Shown: piece after piece, positions 47,421 through 61,103 of the stretch
Layout: each line of letters begins with the position of its first letter
How positions within the stretch are numbered: position 1 is the stretch's first letter
From: Eledone cirrhosa
Lineage: Eukaryota
Assembly (NCBI GenBank): GCA_964016885.1
Contig: OZ024740.1
Span: forward strand, 392,956,001 to 393,020,000
Reading direction: 5' to 3'
DNA: 64,000 nt
Made by a program: the position numbers and the translations under genes
Notes under the pieces: generated by a model
Told to the model about the DNA's origin: nothing
What the model saw: only the letters and a program-made list of their open reading frames with translations
Databases searched by the model: none

Positions 47421-47575
47421 CTCAACGTCATAGATTCTACCAGCTTGGGATGTCCTACTAAGACAATGGACATTATCTCTTTTCCTCTGACCAATTAGTG
47501 CAAATGTCCATGTACCTGAATCAATTTATAATTAAATATCATTTATAAGGCTTGCTAAACAACATAGCCATCCAT

Positions 47576-47701
47576 ATCACCACCATCAACATCTTTACCC
47601 TTAATATCATTACCATCAGCAGGGTTGTTTACATCATCATCACTACCATCAAAAGCTTTACCCTTAGTATCATTACCATCAGCAGGGTTGTCAACATCAT
47701 C
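47576..47701. repeat. 63-bp tandem duplication
   Basis: atcac(c/t)accatcaa...tttaccctta.tatcattaccatcagcagggttgt twice. Confidence 0.88.
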
Positions 47702-49639
47702 ATCAATTTTACATGTCTTTTTCCTTGTTGTGAGTTGATTAGGTTTACAACAGCAGTTTCTATCTGTTTCAGTCTAGCATAATTTCCTTTAATAAGGCCC
47801 AGTGCGCTTAGGTCAACTTGGGTAGCTTCTTTCTAGTTATATCAGAAAATCCGATAATCATGTGATATTATATGGTTATGGATGCTTATCTGGCCTCTTA
47901 ATATAAAACTATATTGCTTCTTGCTAATTATTTTTTTGGTTGCCAGCATTTATTTTAATCTTATAGCTTATTGCTTATTGCTTGCATCACGAAAGATTCT
48001 GTGTTTTAACATTTTCCCTAAATCATTCCAGGTATGTGTATGTACAAAAATAAATAAATAAATAAATAAAATAAAGATACTAATGAATTTTGTTTTATAT
48101 TGAAGGGTTTTTATGAGAATTTTTTTTATAAAGGGTCATACAATATATTGGCTTTCTTTTGTTAAAGTTTTAATAAAGAAAAGACTTTAGAAAAGGAAGG
48201 CCCAAACTAATCATTGAATGATAGCTTTGTTAAGCTGATGTAGTCTTCTTCGAGGTTTTCTCATTATGACATGTAATTTGGCTTAAGAGTGGACATTTAG
48301 GATGATAGAAATGCTAGTGTAATTAAAGTTAAGTAAATTAGGTGTTAATTTGTAAGTCAGCTTGATTACACTGACATTTTACAAGCCAGTAACCTACATG
48401 TGCAGCTGAATTCTCTGTAGAATTGTATATTCAATATCAACAGAGGGAAAATATGCTGTTTTCATTTCTTCTGTGTTGCCTATAAACAATTGCACCTCTC
48501 TCTCTAAACATCAATTTTCTGGTCACATTATAATTCATAATAAATTAATCTGACATTTTTCTGAGATATCTTTTTTATGAGGGCTGTAGACTGGTGGAGA
48601 AAGATGGTAGATTGCTAGGGATAACAGTCTACCCCTTATCCTGTATCAAGGAAAATTTTCTTAATATACTTTACAGCTTTGTTTTTAATCATAAGCTAAT
48701 AATCTACTGGCCCATTTATTCTACAATAACAAAACTACATGCTTTGTTTGTGAGCAGGAAGCTGATTTCTATGTATGGTTATGCAATTGTTGCTGTGCAG
48801 CTTAGGCAAAATTATTCTAGGCATATGCATATAGCTATAGTCTATTGAATCCTCTCCAGTAAATTATCTGTATTATATTTTATTAACTCTTAACAGATGA
48901 AAGGCGAAGAGGAGCCTTGTGGAATGAATGTAGAAGAGCAAAACTAAACACTGTAAGGCATTTATTCAAGTGTCCTACCATTTCCGAAAATCTTTTCATT
49001 TCCGAAAATCTTTTAATTATTTAAAAAAACTTTTTAATAACTTGGTCAAAAGAATGGACAATATCAATGATCCTTACAGGTCTTCTAAGACTTAAATGGT
49101 TGGTGTGATCATATTTGACTTGAGCAGATGTAAATTGGCATTTTGGGAAAAACATGGGCAAAAAGGGAATTTCAGAAGAATGATTTTCTGTGAAGAGTTT
49201 GGGCAAAGTGGTTAGTACAGAGCCATAAAAAAAAAATCCCCAAACAGTTTTATAACAGAATATATATCCCCCTGTACTTGTTGTTTAACCTCATCAGCCA
49301 TGACCAAACAGACCTTCTATCAAAGTTGTTCCAACAATGATGCTGACACATTTTTCATATTTGCTCACAATTTTTTTTATGATGGCATGTTTCCTCTCCT
49401 TTAATAAAGGGAGATTTGGTCACTATTTTCAGTTGGTTTAGCAACCATATTGAGACACACATATTAGTACTTCTTTAGGTCTAGTGTTAGATTTAAGGAC
49501 TTGTAATATGATGATGATGAGTAACATCACAACTCCACAAGTCTTCTCTTTTATAATCCTTAGGTTTCATATGCAATTTAGAAAATTCTATAATTTTTAA
49601 ACTGTTTATTTGTTAGATTGCTTTTTTAACACCTGGTCA

Positions 49640-49850
49640 TTTTAACACCAGGTCAGCCTTGGTTGGGCAGACCTATGATCAAAGGTGTCCCATCTGTGAT
49701 TATCCTGTTGTGTTTTTATGAATAGTGTATATAAAATGATATCCAATGTGCTGTTTTTTTTTGTCTTTTTGAGACATCTGGGTGTGATTTGAGGTAGATG
49801 TGACTGCTATTTTTAACAGATTAAGCAACCACAAAAGGCTCCTCCACTGA
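49640..49850 (+). repeat. Unclassified dispersed repeat of about 200 bp; related copies near 1380-1590, 4580-4785, 31180-31385, 31655-31830, 39595-39710, 42195-42380 and 49275-49460
   Basis: Shared core ggtcagcc.tgattgagcagacctatgatcaaagg..ttcca.c..tgaccatcc in both orientations. Confidence 0.75.
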
Positions 49851-50548
49851 CTCAGAATTCCAGTGAAAGAATTTGGATTAAAAATTTACCAAATTATTAG
49901 ATGAATTTTTTTTTTTTTTCTATTTCGTAATATTTATTCAAGATACTTTTATTGGAATCAATCCAGGTAGTTTTTTTTTTTTTTCCTTCACGATTTCATT
50001 AGATAATAAAATTAATGATAAACAAAATATGCTGGGGATATTATGGAATCTAGTTGTCCCTTGAAATAGTAGTTACATATGTTTTTTGGAACTGAGTCAA
50101 TTGACATAATATTATAGTTATTATGAAGCCCAAGTAACTAAGATTTAGTGATTCATGTATGTAACTACTTTTATGTCTGCAAGATCCTATCAACTTTTGG
50201 CTATGTGTAAGGTACTTAAGTGCATTCATCAAAAACGTTGTGCGTACTTCACATATCATTATTTGAATGCTAAGGAAACAATACAAATTTTATGAAGAAT
50301 TATAAATAAAAATTATTTGTAAAGAGAAACCGAAAAATTAAGCAACAAGTAAATGAAATGGAATATAAAAAAAAAATTTCTTTAGAAATGTTGATTAGTA
50401 CAAAAGAAAAATCAAGATTTTAATGGAAATAGTTCAGGTCCCAGTTGAGATGTTTCACTTAATTTACTTATGAATATCTGGCTATATTCAATCAGCTGGA
50501 TAGTGATATAATCTGCCTGGCATAGACAAAACTAAATTAACCATTTAA

Positions 50549-50770
50549 CTCTTTAGTATTTACATTACTCTATATATACTATTATATTTTCACGGTAAAG
50601 CTTTACCTCACATAATTATCTCACATAATATTGAATCTATGAGATTTTAATATTATTTATTTTGAGAACAATACCTTAACATCAGTATGAGTGGCTGGTT
50701 ATGGCTGGTTTGAACAGAAAGAGGTGAGAGAATTCTGGCTGGATATGGCCAGTTTTTAATTGTTAAAGGG
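50549..50770 (+). mobile_element. piggyBac-type MITE (copy 2)
   Basis: TTAA-flanked, homologous to 18831-19038. Confidence 0.83.
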
Positions 50771-51199
50771 TTAAGGCAGTGGTTTTCAAACATAGTGTCA
50801 CAATACCCTAGGGTGTTGGAGACTAGTTAAAAGTATCACAAGGTTTTAACTATAAAAATGTATAGTTTATAGCACATGCTCAGCTGTTTACTTTAGATTT
50901 TGATCAGTTCTTCTTTATCTTGATATTTGTATATAGTATTATCTTTATTGGTAAAATGATTGACTGACAAATTCATGTTTTGAGTTCAAGTCCTTCCAGT
51001 GGTGATAAATTAGTACAATTAGAATCAATATTATGAACTGATCTCTTCCATCTCAAATTTCTGGCTTTATGCCAATATTAGAAATCAATATAAAGAGACC
51101 TTATAGTTTTTAGCTTTAAGTCTATCAAAAGATTTGGATTTCAGATGTTGCTTAGCTCCTGGTTGAGTGTTTTAAATGACTAAAATTTCTATGCAGAGA

Positions 51200-51960
51200 G
51201 GCAGCTGTATTGTAGAAGACATTCTCCTTGATTAATGAACTCTCACATATACCTTTTGGGACCTGTACTATTTAACATTTCTGACAATATGAATCTTTTG
51301 ACTTTCATTATTTCAATTCTTTCAACTGCTGTATTACCATGTAATAGTTTTTGAAATCCACTCCATATAAGTTACAAAATTCTTTTAGCCACCATGTTAC
51401 ATGAACTGTATATGTGAAAAAATTGAACATTTTAAAAATAAATGCTTCGATATCAAGTAATAGATCAACAGTTGTTTGGAGACAGTGAAACACAGCCAAT
51501 GCCAAAAAGGTCCCTTTCAAGTTTGTTTTTTAATTGGCTAGATATGTTGTTCTTAACTTTCCATCTTACACCATCAAAATTTGTGTCCAATTATCTCCAT
51601 AAAATTGAACAACTTTTCCCATCAACTCTGTTGTTTCACCTCGAACAGTGTGCATATCCAAACATTTGAAATATTAAATGATGATGATGATGATAAAAAG
51701 TATCTTTTTGATTCAAAACATCCATAGAAATTGTCACCAAATTTTCCTCTGCTAGGTTCTTAGTAAGCTCAGATTTAGCCCTTGGCACATTTAAAATTAT
51801 GGTTTCACATTTTCTCCTTGTTAAATGAAACTTTGGTTCAAAAGGTTTTGAGACCAACTTTACTAATATTGAATTCCAGATTATTAGAAATGGTATGATA
51901 AACAAAAGTATCTTTATCAGCAACCAGAAGCTCCATTTCAATTATTTTTGACTTTTAAAA
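51200..51960 (-). mobile_element. Degraded hAT-like transposase remnant
   Basis: LFGIGC...NNC and DIEAFIFKMFNFFTYTVHV..LKEFC peptides across frames. Confidence 0.5.
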
Positions 51961-52037
51961 ATGTATCTAATTATGATGAATTAGAAATAAAACTCACTTT
52001 GTACTTTTGAGATTTCAAATGCTCTCTAATTCTCTAA

Positions 52038-52068
<31 letters not shown>

Positions 52069-52744
52069 ACTCAATCCAAAAGTCCATGCTTATAATGCAT
52101 GCGTGTGTGCACAGAGTGAATAGGAGAAAAGGTGTATGTTTTCATAAATATGTATGTGAGGGGAAAAGAATTAAATTTGGTTGTCAAAAATCCAGCAGTT
52201 ATCCTGTAGTTCTCTGTGGCTTGGTTATGATAAAGTAAAAGATAGAAGTTGAGAGAGTAAGAGAGATGTCTCTGTTGTCAGTGATGATTTGTACAGGCTC
52301 CTCATAGCAATTTTGGTGAATTGTCTCTAGAATGAGTTGAATAATCCAAGCTCTGCAGTTTTTTTCCATTTCTCATGGAAAATATGTCTTATGTAAGGCT
52401 TAATATAAGTTATTTAAGTGCAAACAGGTTAGGGTTCACTCAAGTAAATTTCTTGTCACCATCTGGTTTTTCAATGGCTATTTTTAAAAATGGTTTTTGC
52501 ATGTGAATGAAGCAGTGGGTGTTAGTTTCAAATCCTGGTTGGGTTACTGCTACGGGTGTTTCATAATGTTCTAGAGATCTAATTAGTATCAATACCATGC
52601 AACTTTTCTGTCAAACCAGGATGAAAATCATAACAAATAACATTTTTCTAGATTTAAAAAAAAAAAGGGGAGACATAAATTCAAACCAGTCAGGATGTTG
52701 TGACAGCGTGAATAAACCAAGACAGTCTCAGTTAAAACGGGATG

Positions 52745-52980
52745 TATCTATCTATCTATCTAGGGCAGGTAAAATTCCCGAGATCCATGGACGAGTTCTC
52801 TCCAGTGGTCTCTGTCCCTCATTATCGCTGCCATGTCCTGCGTCTCCAACAGACCAGTGTCTGTCCTTAGGGCATCAACATACGTTAACCTTGGTCTTCC
52901 TCTTCCAGTGTGTCCATGCAGGGGCTCCCATAGGAGCACTGAATGCAGTGTCAACTCTGGATGTCGGTGAGCATGTCTAG
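52745..52980 (-). mobile_element. RTE-group LINE 3' fragment with (TAGA)n tail
   Basis: LLWEPLHG..GRGRPRLTYVDALRTDTGL...MRDRDHWR; tatctatctatc at the 3' end. Confidence 0.8.
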
Positions 52981-53285
52981 CTAACTCGGGATGTATGGTG
53001 GCCTTTTATGTATGTGTGTGTTACTTCCCCAATGGCTGACTAAACACATGCTTTCCCTCAAAAAAAAAAAAAAAATTTCTTTTTTTTCTTACTTTCCGCT
53101 ATCTTTCTATTTCTTCTTTTATCTCTCATTCAATCTTCTGCTGAAGGACTAAAGTCCGAAACACAACCTTTTTCCTACTATATCAAGCATTAAACTAATA
53201 TATATCTTCATTGTACTGTATTGTTCCCCTGCCTTGCTTTTTTTGTTTTATTTTGCATATTTGCACACATATATATATATATATG

Positions 53286-53330
<45 letters not shown>

Positions 53331-53737
53331 GCAAAAGGTTCAGTAAGTCCAAAGAAAACTGTTCAGTAAGTCTGAGAAAATTGGTGAGAGTACCAATGTC
53401 AGCACTTGATGCAGAGAAGAGTATATATAACAACAAAGTAGACGTGTTACATATGAGATTTATTGCTCAACCCAGTTACAAATGTTTCTCAGGCAGCCAG
53501 CTTGTGATCTGGGGGTCATCATCCCAGACCAAACTCCAAGTCTGCCTGATCCTAAGACCAGTATTAACACAACAAAAATCACATCAAATCTGAAGACAAA
53601 CCAGCCAGACACAAACAAGTATATAGAATGACCAATCACAGGCCTAGAATCCAAAGGATGCATCTATCCCTAGCATTACAAGAAAATAATCGTTAAACAA
53701 TAAATCTCATATGTAACACCTCTACTTTCTTCTTCTT

Positions 53738-53922
53738 ATATATATATGTGTATATGTCTGTGTGCATGTATATGTGTGTGTGTGTATATGTCTGTGTGTG
53801 TGTATATGCGTGTTTGTGTGTATTCATGTGTGTATGCATGTGTGTGTATATGCATGTGTGTGTGTGCATATGCATGTGTGTGTATATATATATATATATG
53901 ATATATATATATATATATATAT
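53738..53922. repeat. (TG)n/(TA)n compound microsatellite
   Basis: Directly visible. Confidence 0.93.
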
Positions 53923-54379
53923 ATTCATGTTTATATTTATATACATTATAGTTTGGCTTTGCTGTTTCTTTTCTGTTCTTCCCCTTTTCTCATTTTCTTT
54001 CTCATTTAACTTATCACGTACACTTAACCTTACTAGTGAAACCAGATAGAAATAGAATGATAATCTAGTAAAGTTCAGTATCCAAATATCTGTTTAGATT
54101 CTGACATTATGGAATGAAATACCTTATAGAAATAGGTGTTCCAACCAGATTATATTCCCCACCACTACCTCATAGAATCAAATGCACCATGTAAATCTGA
54201 AGCTCCCCTCTCATTAAATATTTATTAATAGATTCTGTTTTATGTCACAGACTCTTAATGAAACTAGAGAATGAAGACTTAATGAAACTAGAGAACTAGT
54301 TTATGATTTGTTTTCTTAATTTTTTGAAGAAACATAGTTCTGTCAGGTATGTTCTTATGTTTAGTTTCTGTAGCATTAA

Positions 54380-54585
54380 GCCTTTAGCATTTAAACCAAC
54401 CGTATCCGGCCATAATTCTATCGCCTCTTTCTGTTAAAACCAGTCATAACCAGCCGCTCATACTGATGTTAAGGTATTGTTCACAAAATAAATAATATCA
54501 AAATCTCAGATTCGATATTATGTGAGATAATTATGTGAGATGAAGCCTTTTCTGTGAAAATACATAAGTAAATATAGGGTAATGT
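54380..54585 (-). mobile_element. piggyBac-type MITE (copy 3, one end lost)
   Basis: ttaa-gcctttagcatttaaacc... reverse complement of the MITE right end. Confidence 0.8.
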
Positions 54586-55451
54586 GTGAAGAATATAGAA
54601 ATACTCATCTATCACAAGTAACTTTTCCTAAAAGAGGAATTGAATTCAAACTACCCATTAGTTCTGTAGTACTGAATCAAGCCATGAGAGAACATTCATA
54701 CAGTTGTTTGATCTGCTAAAAATAACAGCCAAATCTGTGAAATCACACCCTTCTATCTTATAAAAATGTTTTGTCTGGTACACTGATAGCTTGAACAGTT
54801 TTTGTTTATGGCAGAATCATTAGAGCATAGTCTTGCAGTATTTGCACTGGATATTTGCATTGTGAGTTCAAATCTCAGTATGGCATATTTGGTAGACTTA
54901 ATCAACCACCCAGTTTAATACGCCCACCTGACCCTTTGGTATCTTTAGCATAGTTCACTTTTTTGTTAGCATTCAAGTTATTTGTCTAGTTTGAAAGTTC
55001 ATTCCACCCTATCTCCTACCAGTAGCAGCTGCTAAAAAAGAAAATGATTATATTCTTCATGTACTCACATGCATGGGTGACATTAAGTTCGAACATCTCC
55101 AAGTTGAAATCTGCAACATTGACATCCTGGAAAGAAGGGATTGAGCACAAGGGCCAGTAGAGGACTTCAAAGTGGGTTGTGGAGGCTAGACACTCTATTA
55201 AGTTTAACCTTTGATAAAATGGGGAGGGACAGAAAAACTGACAAATGACATCAAAAGATAAAATTTCTGTCTAATCCATTTAATATATAAAACTCTACAT
55301 GATGATGATGATGATGATGATCTTTTGAGAATGTTCATTTAATTTCTACGATTTGATTATTTTTTTAAATATTAGTTGCCAGTGTTTTCTTTAATTTTGT
55401 TTTGAATCCATGTAAACAGATAAATGTATGGTTCTTTTTATCTCCTAACAG

Positions 55452-55551
55452 CCTGATGATTCTATTGGTGATTCCATGTTTGATGGATATAGCGAGGGAA
55501 GTTTATCTAATTCACAAAATGTCACTTTATCTGCACAGGTTAGCCAAACAG
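55452..55551 (+). CDS. SNX13: SNX13 exon (linker/PX start): PDDSIGDSMFDGYSEGSLSNSQNVTLSAQVSQT
   Basis: ctaacag acceptor; G|gtgaga donor; VxLxAxxSxT motif; phase 0 to 1. Confidence 0.85.
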
Positions 55552-55704
55552 GTGAGATAATTACATTTCAAATTTTGCTAAAGCCTTATTTTTGCTCTCG
55601 TATATATATATTAGGAACGATCGACTTCGTCAAATCGGACCGAGGGAACAATGTTTCCGTTGGTCTTTCCAATTGCTAATACTATCTATCGGTCGCAATT
55701 CCAG

Positions 55705-55823
55705 GTAGAAGGAGCAACGTGAAATAAAGTGTCTTGCTCAAGGACATAACGCATCGCCTGGTCCAGGAATCGAACTCACAACCTTACGATTGCGAATCCA
55801 ATTCTCTAACCACTCAGCCACAC
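55705..55823 (-). mobile_element. tRNA-CORE SINE 5' half
   Basis: Minus strand: tggctgagtgg (A box), gagttcgattc (B box), ccttgagcaagacactt. Confidence 0.85.
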
Positions 55824-55936
55824 TAAAATAACAGATTAAAGTTTAAGCAAAGAATCGCTGCTTTCACCCTTAACGGGATCTTTCAGTTAAGGGTGAAAGC
55901 AGCGATTCTTTGCTTAAACTTTAATCTGTTATTTTA
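55824..55936. repeat. Perfect 51-bp inverted repeat with 11-nt loop
   Basis: 55824-55874 is the exact reverse complement of 55886-55936. Confidence 0.95.
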
Positions 55937-56020
55937 ATAAATATTTGCTCTACGGTTCTTATATATTTGATATATATTTATCCTTATCGAGCCCTCTTTG
56001 GATTTTAGTCTTCAAATTTA

Positions 56021-56063
<43 letters not shown>

Positions 56064-56082
56064 ACATACACTAAAGTGTTAT

Positions 56083-57223
56083 TCATCATAATAATAGTAA
56101 TGAAATATTGTGTACCGTGCCCAGGTGCACCACAACTCATCAAAAAGTGCATGTACAGTACATAGGGCAATGCACAAACATCAGTAAAATGAACAGTGCA
56201 CGAGTCATGATACACACATGTGTGCATGTGTATGGAAGGGGTACATCAGGTGTAGTTTTGGCGTATTTCGGGAAGCATGAGTGTCTTAAAGGATGCAGTG
56301 TCTCGGCAGCTAACAACTGACGCAGGCAGTTTGTTCCATGCTTCAGCAACTCTGAGCGTGAAAAAATGTCTACGAAAGTCATGGGAGCTGTGCTGTTTTC
56401 TGATTTTGTAGGCATGTCCACGTGTGTTAGACACATGGAGATCAAAAAGGTGCTCAGGGTTGCAATTGGCAAGATGGTTAATAACTTTGTGGGTATTCAC
56501 CAAGTCCATTGCCAGACATCGGAGCTTCAATGAATCCATGCCCAGGGAAGCAAGGCGTTCAGAGTATGGTAGGTGTCTGATGGATGGTATGCGCTTGGTT
56601 GCACGTCTCTGAACAGTTTCCAGGAGGTCAATGTTCTGAGCAAGATGGGGGTTCCAGACTGATGATGCGAATTCCAAGTGTGGTCGTACCATAGCTGTAT
56701 ACAGTTTAAAATAGATGGCTGGAGAGCGGCTAACACAGGTCTTGCTGAGTGATGCCAAGACACCCTCGGCCTTCTTGACAATCTTAGAGACATGCATTGT
56801 CCAACGCAAATTGCTGCTGACAGTAATGCCCAGGTCATGTTCACAAGAGGACTTCTTGATATCAGTGTTGTGGAGGGAGTATGTGGACGCTGGATTTTGG
56901 TGGTACACTTGTCCACAGCCAGCTTCAGTTGCCAGTCTGTGATCCATTGCTGCATTGTGTCCAGGTCTGATTGTAGGAAAGAGTTGTAAATTTCAGGATC
57001 AGTCCTTTTGATTTCAAGTTACAGCTTGATGTCATCTGCATATTTCAGTACCGTGGCATTCTGTAAGTTGGCATCTATGTCATTAATATATGACACAAAC
57101 AAAAGGGGACCAAGAACAGATCCCTGTGGTACACCAGATGACATCTCATATGGTGAAGAATGCTGTCCTAGAACCGTGACTACTTCTTTTTGGTTGAGAA
57201 TGAAGGATTTCAACCAGATTTCA
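56083..57223 (-). mobile_element. 5'-truncated CR1-clade LINE
   Basis: SGVPQGSVLGPLLF..YIND..KYADD, DLGI..SSNLRW, LYTAMVRPHLEFASSVWNP, LETVQRRATK, FFTLRV..WNKLP. Confidence 0.9.
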
Positions 57224-58269
57224 TACAACAGATAATTTTGGGAGTATATGTTTGTCACTATGGGTAAGAGTAGATAAAAAATATATGTATAAATGTATTA
57301 AAAATAAACAAATGAATTCACTATGCTTGTATTTGACTAAAATACTTTTTTATATTTCTAAACTCAAACACTACAAATATAGTATTAAAAGAAAGCAACA
57401 ATCTGTGAAAAGGTAAAAAAAAGAAATTGAGGAAAAGGATATATATATCTCGTTTCTGAATTTGTTTAGCAAGATTCTTTATCTGAAAACGTGTGTTGAA
57501 ACCGATATTGTTATACTTTGGGAGGGTCATGTTGCCAATAAGAAACGCACGCACCAGTTGCTTTCACTTCAATTTATTATAATAAATTTATAAATTTAGG
57601 AATTTATAAATTTCCGGTTGGTTGGTTGGTTCCACAACCAGATGATTGTTTATATATTGTCAAAGTTCTTTCGTCACACATTCTGTGACCTCTTCAGTGA
57701 CTGGGGATTCTTTTCTTTGTTTTTGTGCCTCTCCTTTGTTCTGTCCTATGCCATCTTGTTTTTGTGTGTGTGTTGTGTGCTTAGTTTGTGCATGTGTTAC
57801 ATCCGGGTGTCTGTGTGTGTTTATATTTGTTTATTTACTTGTTACTGGTTGGTTGTTTGTTCTATGTGCGTGTGTGTTTTCATTTTGTTCTTAATTGAAA
57901 GTTGTGATGTTGCTGTTCCACTCATGTTTTCTATATAATTTTGGTTGGAGTTAATTTATGTTTATATATATCTTCATATATGTACGCTCTATTCTTCAAA
58001 AAACACAAAAAAGGGTGAAAAAAATAATCTAAACTTCATATGAATGGTCAGCAGACAACAACTATGCACACGTGTGTGTCCACGCATGCCCTCCAGTTAA
58101 ACATTCTTTGTCTTTATTTCTTTCTTTGCTTTCCACTCTGTTGAATATGTAAATTCCTTCTTCATTCCATATGTAAATTCTTTACATATCCCTTTTATCC
58201 TATCTCTCTCTATATATATATACAACATAATGATGTTGTCAAATGTGACAGCAGACCAACCAACATTAT

Positions 58270-58490
58270 ATGGCGGTGGATTGGCAGTATTGGTAGAGGG
58301 TCGGACGCCATGCTTTGACACATAGTTACGGCCCTTTATGGTCTGAGTTTAAATCCCGCCGAGGTTAACTTTGCCTTTCATCCTTACGGGGTCAATAAAA
58401 TAAAGTACCAGTATTGCACTAGGGTTGATTTAATCGACTCATCCTTTCCCCCCAAAAATTGTTGGCCTTGTACCTAAATCAGAAACTATG
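58270..58490 (+). mobile_element. Nin/Deu-domain SINE, apparently full length
   Basis: ggcggtggattggcag head, gagtttaaatcc B-box-like, gaggttaactttgcctttcatccttacggggtcaataaaataaagtaccag. Confidence 0.83.
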
Positions 58491-59399
58491 ATATATATAT
58501 ACACACCTATTTATACTTACTATATAGTACTAAATCTTTGCTTCTATGTGTGTCTCACTTCTTTAATTTCTCAAGTCAAAACAATGAATGTCTGGTTAGC
58601 TTAGTGGATTAAAACATTGTGCTAATAATGTGAATATCATGGGTTTGATCATTATACTCACCAGCTTTCAATTTTCTTCTATATTCTTCTTATTCTATTA
58701 TTATTTAGGTGCACATATTTAAGTTATATATTTGACTCTAGCCAAGATGACTTTATCTTTATAATGCAAACATAAATTTTTATTTGTTATTTAATATGTT
58801 ATGAATGTGAATCTCACTGGACCTGAATTTATCTTTGTGAACATAAAATATGCTTTAATCTTTACTTGAAACATTAAAGTAAATATATATAGTGTAATGA
58901 ATCTCTGGATATGTTTCTTTTTTTCTTTTTTCAAATACATTAGAGACTCATTGGAAACAGGGCTCAAATTTATTATATATTTCTAAATGTTTATCTCTGT
59001 ATATGCTCTCTCTTTACTCCTGTAATCTTTTAAGTATCTATCGCTTCATACTTCTCATCAACCTTTCATTTCCTCTCTCCTTTTCTTTTAATTGAAGTCA
59101 TCACCTTCTTTCCTTTATCTATAGTGATCACCTGCTACTCCACTACCACCACAGTGTTCAATCAATGTGTTTTACTACTCTACTTCTTACTACCTATCTC
59201 TTGCTCCCTTTCACTTGTATCATTACCCTTTTTATCACTCAGCTGTCCCTTCCCCTATCTTTCATTCTTTGTCTTTCTTTGCTCTCTTACTTTCTATCTC
59301 TCCTACTCTATCTCTTTATTCTTTACATTTCTCCTTGTTTGTTAGGCTGTATGCTTTGTTTCTCTTTAACTAAAACAAATTGCATTAAATATAAGATGT

Positions 59400-60000
59400 A
59401 TAGAGGTGGGAGTTGGAGAGGATGTTGAGATGGATATTGGAAATGGAGTGAAAAAGGAAGTAGAAATGTTTAGTTACATATGAGACATGTTGAATGGAGA
59501 AGGTGGATCAAACTTGGTGGCAATTGCTAGAGTGAGATGTACATGGAAGAAGTTCTGGAAACTGAAAGGTATGCTAATGAAAAGGGGATTGTTGCTAACA
59601 CTGAAGGAATAAGTATATGTTGTGTGTGAGAAGTGCTATGATTTATGGGAATGAGAAATGTGTGATGAAAGAATGAGAATAATTGGTGGACAAGTGGAGT
59701 GTCACTTAGAGGGAAGAAGACAAATAATGAATTGCAGAGGGTGATGTGAATAGAACTGGAATGAGATGGCCAGGACGGAATAGAGATGGAATGAGATGAG
59801 GAAGGATGAAAGTGTCTATGGAAATGAATGTGGAAAGAAGTAAAGGAAGAGGAAGAACAAGAAAAATATGGCTAAACATGATGGTGAAGGAAATGAAAAC
59901 TAGGGGTTTGGTGAGGGTGCAGAAGATAGGCCCAAAATAAAGAAGCTTGTCATTGGGCCTGCAAGGCTAACTCTTGCTTTAGCAGAGTAAAATGGCCTTA
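59400..60000 (+). mobile_element. Old RTE 3' fragment
   Basis: ARVRCTWKKF and GRGRTRKIW remnants. Confidence 0.7.
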
Positions 60001-60957
60001 AAATACTTGTTGCAATGATAAAAGTTCATTTATAGATAAAATTACTTGTGTAACAGTTAAGCTTGTATTTCAATTGTAGGCATCTTAGATATATACAACT
60101 GCAATGATATTTGAAGTGAAACGATAGTAGAAAAAGGCATAGCAATAATGCTGTAAGCCAGACAAGCAGACACAATATTTTAATGTTGATTTGTAGGGTT
60201 TGGCAATGAAAGCAAGTTAAAAAGAACGATAAGGTGCTCAATTTTGTTTTAACTCAATAATATAAGATTAAGAGATGCTTGATTTCATTATTTTCATCTG
60301 CTTTTCCATGCATGCATGGGTTAGACTGGTCATTTCCAGCACAACTTATCTCCACTAATTATGTTCTTCTGTGAGGTTCAGCATTTTAAGATCAGCTCTA
60401 ATTGTCTTTGACCAGGTTTTCCATGGTCTTCTACAATTTCCTTCCACTGTAATTTGCTGGTACTTCTTCACACCCTGCAATCATCATTCATATGCATCAC
60501 ATGTCCATAACAGTCTTCTCTCATCTTGCTCATTACATCTGATTCCTCTTATACTTAATTTTTATCTCAGCTCATCCACACTCCATTGTTCATTTGGATT
60601 CTGTTTATATATATCATCAAATAATATTTATGGATTACTAGCAGTCCTTCTTTCCCTGAACTTTCCTGCAACTGCTTTGTAGTTTGATTTCTTCTGACTA
60701 CTAACCTATGGCACTTGAAAAGTTAGCATTTCATTCAGTCTCTTTGAATTCTGATTTCCACCAAGGCTGGAAGGGGTTCATGATTGCCGTATTTCCTCCA
60801 CTAACTTCCAAAATCAACAAATATAAAAAGAAACCAGAATGCACTTTGTCTATTGTGACCCTAAAATAAAAAAAATAACTATAGAAACATTTCTTGTTAA
60901 GACTTTGCTTTTCTGTTTGTTTATTTTATTCTAAATTTGTTCTTTTGTTTTAACTAG

Positions 60958-61103
60958 GTATTGTAAAAGAGTCTGAGAAAAGTGGCAAGTCCTATGCTGT
61001 TTACGCTATAACAGTTAAGAAAACTCAGTCAGATACAGACATGTGGGATGTCTATCGCAGATACAGTGATTTCCATGACTTACATATGATTATTACTGAG
61101 AAG
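60958..61103 (+). CDS. SNX13: SNX13 exon (PX): GIVKESEKSGKSYAVYAITVKKTQSDTDMWDVYRRYSDFHDLHMIITEK
   Basis: actag acceptor; gtaagt donor; PX signature YRRYSDF; phase 1 to 0. Confidence 0.96.

Noticed and set aside
57240-58100. Locally CpG-richer segment with a CCAAT-like word, possible promoter or transposon
   Set aside because: No TIR, TSD, ORF or other supporting structure could be established by eye.
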